NCBI GenBank assembly: GCA_977018835.1
Contig: OZ361260.1
Location: 3,906,001-3,970,000 of the forward strand
DNA length: 64,000 nucleotides
Direction of reading: 5' to 3'
Source: Minutocellus sp. GHC0000111
Taxonomy: Eukaryota
Shown here in pieces: positions 10,066-23,200 of this stretch. Under the pieces are notes generated by a model. It saw nothing but the letters and a program-made list of their open reading frames with translations. It was not told the DNA's origin and searched no databases. A program made the translations under genes and the position numbers. Numbering within the stretch: position 1 is the first letter of the stretch; each line of letters opens with the position of its first letter.

Positions 10066-13000
10066 ATGGCTGCCAAATCCAAAGGAAAGGAAACGCATCC
10101 TCACGGTAAGGGCCACCGGTACGCCGCAGCCCTTCTTTGCAGTGGCTGCATCATCAGTCTTGCCCTCCTGGTGGCTTGGCGGAACGGGAAGCAGTCCGAA
10201 GGCGTAGTAAAAACAACGAGCCATACTAGTAGCCGCTCCCTCTCGGCAAATTCCTTTGACCACAACGAGTACTACTGGGCCGTCTGCGGCCGGTCCGGTC
10301 GATGCAGCTCCGACGAACCCAACGGCTTGCATCCCGCCTCTGCCACATCTCTCCACGAGGTCCGATGCTGCTCGGACACTCCCATCTCGGGGTGGCATCA
10401 ACCACCGGGATGTCCCTACGCGACGTCGTATCTCGGTGGTCCTCGGGGACCGGGATGTTACGATGACCAGACGCACTCGGCGGCTGCGGCGATCTGCGCA
10501 GAGAATGGCGCGAGGCTCTGCACTCGCCAAGAGCTTTTGGATGACTGCACGCGATTCACGGGGTGTGGTCATGACACGGCTCTGATCTGGTCCTCGACCA
10601 AATGTCGGGAGGCGGGGGAAACGTGTGACACTCTGGAAGACTGCTGCGGGGCGAGAACTTGCATGGGAGATGGACGCTGCGAGGAGTATGCCACACCAGC
10701 TCCGACTCCGGAGGGTTGTGACACGTGCCTAGTGGGACGTGTCGGCCACTGGAACTTTGACGATCTTTCATCTGGTTATACTTCGAGCTCTGATGGGAAC
10801 ACAATTATTTAACGTGGTTCGTCAGAGGCTCTTGTTGGGGTTGATGCCTCGATTACGGGAAGCGGATCTGTTGGTCCTTTGGTTGACGATGGAAAATTTG
10901 GTTCGGCTCTCCTGATTCCAGCCGGTACTGCGAATTATGCGGTGAGTTTATGTATACATGCCTCTCAGAATATCGCAAAACGTTGGCCAATGTGGAGGTA
11001 TACAGTCACCGTTCTGACGTGTCTATCCCTTCTCTCGACTCAATTTTAATTTTACACTTTAGCAAATGTCATCATCCGGCCTTGTGAAGACGGCGCCTTC
11101 CAATGGCTTTGCTTCGTCCATATGGATTAGCCCAGAGACTGGTTCTTTCTCCCCTCAGGGCATCGTCTTCGAGCGCAAATACAACAACTTTGACCTTTAC
11201 TCTCAGCACTGGATGAATATCATCGGTTGCAGCGTCCGGGATGAGAGCTACGTGAAGCACGAGGCCGAGCACTCCTTCGGGTCGAACCTGGACCCTAGCC
11301 GCTGGTACCATATCGTATGCAGCTACGATCATACCGCAGAGGCACTAGTATTATATCTCGATGGTATCCAAGTGGCCAGTACACCGGTGACTTTATCGAG
11401 CTTCCCTCATGGCAACTGGTACGACAATGATGACATGCAGCTCGGTGTTGGTAATCGCCCGTCATCAAAGGCTGGTATTCCAGGGCACTCGGCCGGCAAC
11501 AATCATTTTGTTGGAGCGGTCGACGACTTTGTTCTCTGGGATCGTCCATTGAGTGGAGAGGAGGTAGCCTTGCTGTATGCATCTGATAGGGCAGTCGAAG
11601 ACCAAGGAGGAGGTGGAGCTGTGACCTCTTCGCCGACTGTAGACCCCTCTTCGCGCCCATCTGACTACCCAAGCTTCAGGCCTTCCACTTCACCAACGAT
11701 GGCACCGACAGCAAGGCCCTCACCCGGTCCGTCGATGAGTCCAAGTTTCGCGGCTCCACTCCTATGGTCTGATCCTTCTACGTGGCCATCAGGAGTTGTA
11801 CCTGAAGATGGAGATGATGTGATCATCCCCGAAGGCGTCACCGTTGCTTTAGATGTTCCCGTTGTTCCCTCAAGTGGCAGCCTTTGTGTCCTGACCATTG
11901 ACGGCGCTCTAGTGAATCATGGTAATGGTGACATTTCGTTGTCGGCCTCTTCAATTGTGGTTACCGAAACGGGCACCTTTCAAATTGGATCGAGCGATGA
12001 GTTATACGAAGGCCAAGCCACCATTACTTTGACAGGTAAGAGTGCACTTCCATCTCTTTCTTTCCTTCTTTTCTTTCGCGTAACCTTTTTTCTCATTTGT
12101 TTTTCTATTCAAATCGTTTGGGCTCCATAGGCGCTCCCGATCCTACAACTACTTTCGAGCGATCCGAAGATAACGCACTCGATAACGATGGCACCCGTCG
12201 CGTGTTGGCCGTCAGAGGAGGTTCGCTAATTATGCATTCGTCGACTCCGACTGTTGTCAGTACGAAGCTAAACCAAAATGCTACAGCGGGTGAAACAACG
12301 CTCACCTTGGCAGATGGGGTGGATTGGCGAGCAGGAGATTTGATTGCTGTTTCAACTACTGACTACTACTTCGGCGAGACCCACTATGCAGCTGGCGACC
12401 CCTCTTTTGCTCAAACCGAGGTTTTGGAGGTCGCTATAGACACAGGTGGGAGCAGCCACGTGACAGTGACAGAACCACTTCAGAACAACCGCTGGGGGGC
12501 CCTTCAGTACGTGACCGACGCCGGCATGAGTCTTTCGCCTGGTTTATTCGATGCCCCGAGCCCCTTAACACCAACAATCCTGGACGAACGAGCTTTGATT
12601 ATTCATTTGTCTAGGACCATTGTCATCCAAGGAGCTGACGACGCTCATTGGCAGGATGGCTTTGGTGCGCACGTCATTGTTTCAGGAGCATCGCCGGTAG
12701 CACAAGTCGAAGGGGTTATGTTCCTGAGAGGTGGCCAGCGCCGGACGATGGGCCGCTATCCATTTCACTGGTGAGTCGAATTTGCAAACATTTTTCATTT
12801 GTCAAAACATTTTCACCTTATTTTGTATACTAATACATCTTACTTTGTTCTTCCTATGTTGTGCACTGTCTATTCACTTGGCATTTGTCCCTTCAGGCAC
12901 ATGCTGAGCGCGTCGTCTGGTGAGAATACTCCTGTTGCTCCGGGCGACCATTTTCTACGCCGTTCTGTTGTTCTTGAGAGCGAGAATCGCGCCGTGACTA

Positions 13001-14964
13001 TTCATGGAACGAGTGGTGTCGTTGTCGATTCGGTGTTTGCAGTCGATATCAAGAATCACGCATTTTTCTTCGAAGATGGTTCTGAAACGGGCAACGTCGT
13101 CACAGATTGTGTTGCGATGAAGGTTCGAAATCGTCTTAACGAGCACCTCAAGAATCACGACAGACAACCCTCAGGCTTTTGGCTTACCAACCCAGATAAC
13201 ACCATTACCGGGAACTCTGCATCCGATATCCAAGGTGTTGGGCTCTGGAACTCTTTTTCAACGAACGTATTCGGGGCATCGGCTTCTGCCGGCCTAGTCA
13301 TGAACCCCGCGAGCCTTCCCATTGCTGCATTCGATGATAACGTTGCCCATGGATGCCAATCTGTTGGCATTCAAACAGAATTTCCGGTCATCGACGAGGC
13401 GGGGAACACGGCACCACGAACATATCGCCCTGAACCGGATGGAAGATTTGTGATGAACCGAAATATCATATGGAAGAGCAACAACGGGGGTTATCAAAAT
13501 AGGGTCAGCATTCCCACCTATAATGCTTGGACCGTTGCTGATAATACAGCGCGAGATATTTTTGGCGCGACAGATCACCACGTTCAAATTGTAGGCACTC
13601 TTTTCGTTAGTCAAAGCCTCAATGATGAGCACACGCATCTTGATGTGCCGAACCAGGCTTGGAACTTCCAGCCACGCCGCAGAGGAGTAGCCAGTTATCA
13701 TTTCTCTGCAGACATTTCTAATGTCACCGCCATTGGCTACGTCGGAGTGGATGACAGTGATGATCACACACCTCAGATCACGCCCAACTGCCAGTTCGTC
13801 TACGCACCAGGTATGTTTGAACCGAAGAACAACAATGGTGGAGAGAGGTATCGAAATTCCCATTATATCTCTAGCTCTACTGTTTTACTCATCGTTGTAA
13901 CTTGACATTTTGACTTACTTTATGGGCACCATTCTAACGCTTACTTTATGGGCACCATTCTAACGCTTTCGAAATCCTTTCTTTTTTTACGTTTAGGGTT
14001 CATTGATCTCTCCGACCTTTACATCGATCCCATTTCGGTGGGAACCTGGCGTTGTGGTGGCTGGAAATTAATCGAGAGCAATCCAGGCTACCTGACAAGA
14101 ACACTGGCTTCGATCGCCCCGGAGGATGACACGACAACACCCGACGTCAACGAGGCCCTCCCCCACGACACTTTCCCAAAATCGTATGGAAGTTCCTCTA
14201 ATAGATACAGACACTGGCCGCTATCAGGTGCCTTGTGGGACCCCCACGGTTATTTTGGAGCAGCGGGAAACCATGTTGTTGCTACTCCAGCGCCCTTCTT
14301 CACGCACGGACTAAGCAACAGCGCAGTTGCTGTGCCACCCGGTACCCGCAGCAACCCGATCAACGGGATCTCTACGCCTGATAGGTTCGTTGGGCTCAAC
14401 GCCATCCGCCCCTTCACGCATAATCAGTGGTGGGCAGGCAGCACGGACGTCTCTACCACCATGGATCGATTGGACGAGAACGGCGATGTGGTCGATTCAT
14501 TGTTCCTCGGAGATGACTGTTCCAGCTCAATCTTTCACTTTCGGCACTACGCCCTCCAATCTGGGGGGATTTATCGTCTCCGTCTTTTTACTGACACCTA
14601 TTCCAGTTGCTCGTCTCCTCCGGAAGCACCGGCCGGAACAAGGTCGTCCTACGACGTTACGAATGGATATCGTTCCACCGACACGTTCCTGATTGGTCTT
14701 CCCTGGCCTTTCTCTGCAAACAATTGTACCGTCTCCATTCGCAGCTGGAACAATACTGTTGTTCCCCTCAGCGATGCCAGTGTGAATAAATTTGATAATA
14801 TTCGGGATAGCAGCGAACGTGCATTCTGGAGAGACGCTCAAAATGATTTGGTATGGGTCAAGTATATGGGAGGGATCGATCCAGAGCCCGATGTTGCAAA
14901 CTTATGGACCGACCACGAACTCTTTCGGCATCACACGATTCTTCTGACCGCTGTGGAGCCTTGA
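10066..14964 (+). CDS. Multidomain surface protein: TM/signal - Cys-rich domain - LamG/ConA - PT repeats - G8 - beta-helix (TMEM2/CEMIP-like); in-frame TAA at 10810-10812
   Basis: Exons 10066-10941, 11063-12035, 12131-12770, 12897-13810, 13997-14964 with in-phase GT-AG joins. LamG GHWNFDD..DGKFGSAL..WYHIVCSYD..LYLDG..GAVDDF; G8 WSDPSTWPSGVVP; GRYPFHWHM, NRAVTIHGT, FFFEDGSETGN, SGFWLTNPDN. Confidence 0.8.
13915..13966. repeat. 26-bp tandem duplication inside intron 4
   Basis: TTACTTTATGGGCACCATTCTAACGC x2, each copy with a CTAAC branch-point-like motif. Confidence 0.8.
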
Positions 14965-15265
14965 GCGTAACTCACCTAACTCGCCCGCTGATCATACATG
15001 AACGACGCATGTACAACGTATGTATAATTCTATTATGTAACCAATGCTTTAGAGTTCCTAGATCTAGATCTACCAGTCCATGGTGTAGTTCTACCGGCCG
15101 CAGAGGAGTTCGAGACCTGGCGTTTGATTTTCGGGCAGACGGACAGACGAATGTAGCAATCAATCGGCCGAGAGCAGAAGATACGGCACCACATCATGTG
15201 TTAAAGCTTGACCCTGTGGTTCGGCCGTCCTGAGAGATCTGAAGGAATCAAAGCACAGTGCCATT

Positions 15266-18200
15266 ATGGAGGTAGAGGGCGTGCACGATCAGCGGCAGCC
15301 GCCGCGGGGAGACGGCGGCAGCAGCAGTAACAAGAACGACGATGATACGACCGATCGTCAGGCATCTGGTGCTGGTGCTGGTGCTGATGACGAGGGGACG
15401 AATACCAGCAGCAGCAGTCCAAATGCCAACTCAAATGTGCCTCAGCAAGCAGATACTGACGCCGATGCCGAAGGCAACGAGGTCAAGTACGAGTCCGACG
15501 GCGATGATGCCTTGCTCCGAAGGGAGGAGCGGCGGATCAGCCGCCTCGAGGCGCAGGAGGCTCAGGAGCAGGAGGCTCAGCAGGAACAGCAAGACGGTGA
15601 TGGGGAGGAGGGCAACAACAATGACCAAAACGATAATGATGATGCAGGCGATGCAAATCCCGACCAAGATGACGATCTCGACGAAGACGAGGAGGCCTAC
15701 GCGGCCATCCTCGATCCCCTCCACGGATACGAATGCCCCGAACCGGACTACGCCACGGCCGATGCCCTGCCCTTTCCCACCCTTGTCAAACGTTTCGAAA
15801 CATTGTGGGCCCAGAAGAAGCGGATGGGCAACAAGCAACGACGTGAGCAGCTGTTGGAGTATCTGCTGCCTCGGAAGTTACTGGACGAACATTTGAAGGA
15901 GTGCAGCATCTACCCGCTACTGCGCCTCATCCTGCCCGACTGCGACGTGGCCCGGGGTCACTTGGGGATGAAGGAGAAGTCCATCGCCAATGCCTGGGCG
16001 GCGGCCATGGGATTTTCCAAGGACTCGAAACCCTACAAGAAGCTCGTCAAGTTCATGGATCCGCAGTATGCCGGACATACGGCCACGGGCGATTTGAGTC
16101 TGTGCGTCAAGGAGGTGGTGGCCGAGCGGTATCCCATGTCGGGCAGCAAGCTGACCGTCGGACAGATGAATCGGCTTTTGGATGAGTTGCAAATGATCAA
16201 CTCGGGCAAGAGCCGGGGAAGTGGCGGTGGAAGTGGTGGGGGTGGCGATGCCGTAGAGGGCAGTGCATCCCATGCTTGGAGGACGGCAGGGGAGGACGGG
16301 ACGGCCGAATCTGCCCAGGCTCCCGGGCAGGGACGGCAGGATCAAGCGGCGGCACGGAAGGCCGAGAAGCAGAGGCAGAAGAAGACCAAGGCCCAACGGC
16401 AGGCCGGGTGGGTGGAGAAGTTGATGAAGTGCAACATGAGCGTGAGTTTGTTGAGCTTGTTCATTTTGTTTTTGTCGAGGTGAATGCTATGATTGTGCAT
16501 CTCGAACTTATCACAACCTCACAATACTATGATTATCACTTGGTACCACTACCTATTCAGCAGCCAATCGAACACAAGTGGGCCGTTCGTATCCTGCTGG
16601 GGAAGCTGGAGATCGGGCTGGGGAAGGACCCCATCTTCAAGCATTGGCACCCGTACGCGGCCGACACGCACAGCGCCAACAACAACATCAAGATACTGGC
16701 GCAGAAGCTGGCCGATCCCGAGTGGATCCGACGACGGGAGGAGAAGGACAAGCTGTCGAACAGCAACCAGATGATGGAATTCGAGTGAGTTATTGTTTGT
16801 GAGATGAAACCCTTTCATACTACCTGCTGAAATGCCTATCACTACTAAATTCCTTATACCATCATCATTTATACTCGATGACCACAGCAAGATGCACACT
16901 CCAATGAACAAGGAGCCCGCCGGGCTGGGCAATACCATCACCCCGATGCTTTCCAACCGGAGCAACCATGACATGATTTTGGGCTTGATACATAAACACC
17001 ACAACGAATATCTGGCGGGTCTTGAGCAGCTAGAGAAGCAGGGACAAGAGGAACTCAATGAAGAGTTAGACATTCCCCGGCAGCTGAATTCCCTCTCGCT
17101 CAAGTTCCCCACGTTCATCAACGAAGTGAAGCTCGACGGAGAGCGGATGCTCGTCCACTTCAAGAGGGGGGGCGTGACGATGCAAACACGGCAATCCAAT
17201 TGGTATAGCAATGTCTACGCCCCGGTCATTGCACCACCGCTGCGCAAAGCCCTCGCCGGCTACGTTGTGGATTGTATCCTCGATGGCGAAATCATTGCCT
17301 GGGATGATACCAAGGGTGAGGTCATTCCTTTCGGCAACAACCGGACCGTCGCCAAGGTCCGAAGAGAGTATCTACGATCGAAAGGCCGTCTTGACCCACG
17401 AGACATGTCTCATGAAGACGAAGATTTGAATGTGGTCTCGGTAGGGATGGGGGATGCCTTCATTCGATCCAACAAGGACAATGCCAACATTCTTCAAGTC
17501 GACAATCCGGGAAAGTCCTGCTGGTTGAAATTTGTGGTCTTTGATTGTCTTTACGTCGGCGGTCCCGATGCGTCCAAGCTCATTCGCAAGGCCTGCGCCC
17601 ATTTGCCACCCCCATCGAGCCCCGACTATGAGCGTGTTTCCACAATGACTGAATCCATCATCGATCTGACTGGCTATCATCGCCGGGCTATTTTGTACGA
17701 AATGATCACACCGCAGCGAAACGAGATCGAGCACGTGGAGGCCGTCGTTGTCACCTCCGACGGCAGCTGCATTGAGGGAGAGGGCCTCAAAGACTACTTT
17801 TCGGGCAAGATCGATCCAACGTACGGACATCCCCTCGTTACACTGGATTCCATTGATTGCGTGAAGAAGAACGTCGTTCCCAATATTGCCGAGATCGACG
17901 AAATGAGACGCAGCAATCGCAAGGACGAGGAAATTGATCACGAGCGGGCCATGGCGATGGAGAAGATCTACACCCGGGTGGTAGAAGAGGAGTGTCAGGA
18001 GGGACTAATGGTCAAAGATTTGTACGGAAATTATCTCATTAGCCAAAGAAAGTTTTGGTTCAAGCTCAAGGTCGATTACACCAAACAAGGGTGGGCGTCA
18101 GACATCGATGTTGTCGTCATTGGCGGTGGCTTCGCTACTGGCATGGGGCGGGCCGGCATCCTTTCGAGTTGGCTGGTCGGATGCATCGACGATTCGCATG

Positions 18201-20218
18201 AGGCGAGTTCCAGCGCCGATCTCAAAATGATGACTCTTGGACGAGTATCCGCCGGTGGTACACCCAGTGTGAATCTGAAACAATTGCTCAAGGAAACTGG
18301 TTTTGTGGCAGCAACGGCAGAGAATGACGTGGTCCATGGAAAATGGTTCAAATGCCAGGATCATGGCCGAGGCTTTCCGGACTTTCTTTCCAAGAAATCT
18401 TATCAGCGGGGAAAAAATGGTGACTTCGATGGCTGGAAGTTTGATCGCGACAAGTATCCCGACGTCTGGATTCACCCAAAAGACTCGTTCGTCATCACGG
18501 TCAATGCCGCTGAGGTCTGCTCCTCCTATGACTACCAGGCCGGTGTCACCCTTCGATTTCCTCGTATGAGTAGAATTCGCAAAGAAGGCAGATGGAAGGT
18601 TGGGGCTGGCAAGGATCAATGGGAGGACGGCGATGAGAAGCCCGTGACGGATGCTATTACGTGCAAAGAAGCACAGGATATGTACTACGATCGAGACATA
18701 TCGAGGGCCGCCAGATCGTCTCTCAACGCCGACGGTGGGTCTCAGAGTCAGACTGTGGATGGCACAGATGATCCAAAGAGGTGTCGGTTTGCCACCGCTG
18801 GGCAGTATAAACAGCGAAGAAAGGGGCGTGGGGGCAAACGAAGTACTACGTTGATCCAAGTTGGCGCGCCTGCCATCCCAACGCAAACAACCAAGCTGTC
18901 CAAGATTCTCGACGGATATGTATTCGCCGTCCTCGAAGGAACGTACAAGCTCAAGGAAGGAACGCTGGACGCGCAAGAGGCCGCCGACAATGGCTGGTAC
19001 GAAGAAGCGGCAAAGGTTAGCCATCGTGACGATGTGATTGAATTCATCCAGAAGCATGGTGGCACCTGCGTCCTCGCCGCCGGAAAGGGGATCGATTTTG
19101 TGGTTTGCGGAGAGAAGACGGACGTTCGCGTTGCCAATTATCGCCGGGCCATCGAATCGGCGCCTTTGGAGATACTGAACGGAACCACGAAGAAAGATGA
19201 CAACCTCCGCCAAATGATGAAGATGGGCGTCGTTAGGTGGGCCTTTGTATACTCTGCCGTCAACGAAATGCTTCAGGAAATCAACAAGGTGAAGGAGGAC
19301 GCTGACTTGGCTTCGGACGAGAAGGTCGCCACCTACCAGTCGGCGAGAAGCATCAAGGAGCACAAACCCGAGTTGCTACACCCAAGACGTTTTGACTACC
19401 TCGTTATATCAAGGGTCGCGGAACAGGTCCTCCTCGAAAGTGAGGACAAGTATGGAATCCATCTCTACGAAGAATCAAGCGAGATTGAGTTTAAGCGGGC
19501 CCTCGAGGAAGTTGGAAACGACAAGAAGCGAAAGGCCAACGATGATGATGCAGACGCAAGCAATTTAGCCAGGAAATTGTCTCGAGTTCGGTGCAGCGGT
19601 GCCGTCCCATGGCAGTACCAGGCATTTCAATCTTTCACTGAAGAAGAACGATGGGTGTTTGGCGGCGACAACCAAAAGCTATGGCCTCATCACCACAGCG
19701 AGGGAACTACCCGAAGGTCAATCAGAAATGGTACCAGCTCACTTCCATTGGAGAAACCTCCCGTGATTATGTATCCGGACATGTTCGGCTCTGATTATGG
19801 GCTCATGGATGAAGCAGCCGCGGTCAAAGATATCACCGGAGTTGAGAAATCTGGTCGCTGGGGCATTGTCGACCCATCGGACGAAACGGGCGCCTTGGCT
19901 TCGGCCTTGCCACTCGCTGCAGCTATGGGTGCACAGGTCACTCCTCATCTTCACCTTGGCATTACTCATGTTCTTGTCGAAATGTCCAAGCATGAGCAGG
20001 TCCGTTGGAGACCTGGTCTGAAGCTCAGTATCTTCAAAGATAAAGAGGCCGGAAAAGCTCTCAGCTATCGATTGGAAGAACTCGATGATGAGGAAGCATT
20101 TGCCGACCGCCCTGGAAAGCCAGACGTTACACTGGTTTCACCCGAGTGGGTGAGGAAGGAATGGTCGAAAGCATCAATCTTTGATCTCGATACCACCGAT
20201 GATGAGGCGTACATGTAG
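15266..20218 (+). CDS. LIG4: DNA ligase IV (NHEJ)
   Basis: Exons 15266-16441, 16564(or 16561)-16784, 16888-20218. YPLLRLILP, GDLS, EHKWAVRILL, EVKLDGER (motif I), ILDGEI, FVVFD, EGLMVK, WFKLKVDY, PDVWIHP, LRFPR, C-terminal BRCT-like domains. Confidence 0.92.
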
Positions 20219-23200
20219 ATATACCAAGATGCACGTAGCTACGTACATGTATAGCTATACACAGAGGGATTCCTAGTTAGCTTGATCTACTGGTAAACAG
20301 TGGTAACTGGTAGATCTACTCGTAGATAGTAGATAGATCTAACACAACATAACAAAAGTTATGAAGAAGTACAAACACCACCACGATCTAAACTAAGAAT
20401 CTGCTCGGTCACTGTGCATGTCTTTCTTGACACGAATGCGGTCACTGTGCATTTGCGGGAAATTCATTTAGCCCGCCTACTCGAAAAACATTTATTTGTG
20501 CGCGCCGGCGAACTTGACCTGCCTACTAGCCTGCCTCCAAGCTCCTTTTTCTCCCCTGAACACGAGAGAAGAAGTGGCTCCTGGTTGGAGACAAATTTGC
20601 AAGCGGGGGCCTGGTTAGGAAAATCCTAGAGCCGAGTGAGCAGCGACATCCAGCCAGCAAGAAGAGGGGCGGCAGAGGAAGCCCCCTTTCAACCTTGGAA
20701 CCAGCAACACCTCAAATCAAATCTTCAACTGCGAACCATCATCGTAAAATCAGGCCTACTTATCCACTGCCCGTATGCAAACTGGCAAAACAAGCCACGT
20801 AAGGAGAATACGGATGTCGTTCCTTTTTCCATCATTCGCAGGGGTTGGTTGGGTTATATTTCGATCGGCGCTCCATCTGGCCGGTTTGCGTCTACTTTCG
20901 CCATATATTATATCTCAGTCGATGGATTTCGGAGGAGAGTTGCCGTCTTACCTCTTCGATCGAATTGACGAATCACTGATAACCGTTGCCCTACAACCAG
21001 ACTTGACCCCGCAGCTACCAGAGGGAGGAATACTGTACCGACTTGGCGACATTCATAAAAGCAGAAAGAATATCAAATCGAGTCGATCACTGAGGATACA
21101 AAGGTCAGATCGAAACGCCAATCTTAGTTGGGACTTGCTGTGGTCCGACTTTCATGGTGCATTCGACCAAGACTTCTCATCAAATGATGGCTTGTACATG
21201 AGTATTCCCTGGCGAGAACCGCATGAGCCACTCTTCTTGGTAGTGTATGCAGGCAACAGAAGCGACGTTAAAGTTGAGTACGTTGAGGGAGAGCATATCA
21301 CATACGATCCGGAAGTGATGGAAGCATTCGACTTTCCCCGTCGAGATCTGTTCTATCGGAAACGTTCAGGCACAGGGGGCAGGGTCACACTATGCACCCA
21401 GATAACTCCAGAGCGTCTGAGGTATTTGTTCCACATCGTGACTGCTTGGAACGGCCCGGTCTCGGCAGTGATCTATGTTGGTCATAAGGGCCAGCAGGAC
21501 GAAGAGCTGGCCAAGATCAACAGATTCTGGGATGAGCTCCAAGATGATGCACGTGCAAATTTGGACCTTAATGAAGTCTACGACGATAAAAGGCCATGGT
21601 ACTCAACGACAGACGATAAAGAGAACAAGATGGGCAACAACCCGTACCCAGTAAACCTACTTCGGCAGATCGCAGTTGACTGCGTCAAGACCGAGTGGTT
21701 ATACATGACCGAAGGTGACATGCTGACAGTTCCGAATGCTCATCAGATTATTTTAGATTCGTGGCAAGGAATGGTGAAAGAATACAAGAAGCACAACGGC
21801 GTGGCGTTTGTAGTCCCGCTGTATAAAGCAGAAATGACGATGAACGATGAGTTTGTTGGAACAATGCCGAAAAATAGGCTGGGTATGGTGATTCGAACAG
21901 AGACTGGGAGAAACATAACCTCATCCGTTGAGGTCACAAACCTCAAGACGTCCAAAAGGAGGGTTGAAAACAGGGTTGATTTGTACAAAGACGTGAAGAG
22001 ATCAGGAAATGTGTTTAGAAATCAGGCGCTGACCAATTTTGAAGGTTGGGAGGCCCTGCCTGAAGGTAGCGACACGTATTTGCCTTACCATAAGACGGGA
22101 ACAGAATTCGCAATATGTGATCCTCCGCCAGGCTACACAGAGCAAGAACCATACTTCTTGGCAAAGAAATCCGATCTGCCACCGTACAACGTCCTTTTCG
22201 CGGGGATGTGGTTTGATAAAACCACGCACATCATCGACACATGCAACTGTGGCTTGACCTTTGTTTTGCATCCAGATATGTTCTCTATCATATTTAACGA
22301 ACCAAAGGAATCGACGCAGCAAGGCCTTTGGGGCCTGCATAGTCCCGGGTGGCGGCAGGATTTTGTTTTTGCGACTGGCCCGGTTTACTCACAAGAATAT
22401 CAAAAGACTCAATTGGCCATTGGCGGTAGAAGCCGCAGCATGTGTTCAAAAGTGGCAGACATACCCGTTGGCGCGCCACAACCATTCCGGCCTTATGTCG
22501 GCGAAGGGATAAGTACGAGGGGAGGAATTCTCCGCATGACGAAGTATGCACCAATGGAGCAAAGATTCAAGGGCAGCTTCAAACGAAACCGGCCAGCATA
22601 GTCCTGAGCGGAACAATATCGCAATTGAGAAAAGGTCTGCAGTCTACGTGTGCTTCTACTAGTACTCAATGTTACGCTTTTCGTTGAGTAAACGGAGTTC
22701 AGAGGAGTTTTGCCTTTACTTAATTTTTTCCTAGTGCTCAAGATGCGTCTTCTCTAAAAGCCCACGTCAAAGCCCAGCACCAGTAGGGCCTCGACACGTG
22801 ACATACATGTAGCATCCCAACTCCAACGGAAACTTTACCCTTGAGCCTTGCGACTTCCGGAAACAACATCGTCAATTCTCAGAATCATGCTTTTATCGAA
22901 GAAAAGTAAGAAGGGAGGAAAAATTTGGTCAGACCATATGATGGCGGGGAAATGACTATGTGCTTGGGATAAACAACCTCAAATAATCCAAAGCAACTCA
23001 CCAAGCACTCTCGATTGCTGTAACGACAGTCTGGCGCTTGACCGAAAAGGGCTCCCAAATACCAAGCTCGGCCATATCCTTGATCTCGCCGGTAGTACCG
23101 TCAACACCAATGTTGCAAGGCGAGCCAGAATCAGCATCGTAATGAGCGGCATGCTTGGCACGGAGCTCGGTCACGGTCCGGATGACACTGACACCGCAGT

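Noticed and set aside
6129..10812. Stop-codon reassignment explaining the internal TGA and TAA
   Set aside because: TAA, TAG and TGA all end conserved genes normally in this window, and internal stops are rare
20406..20452. CGGTCACTGTGCAT direct repeat upstream of the GT49 gene
   Set aside because: Only two copies and no further evidence of function
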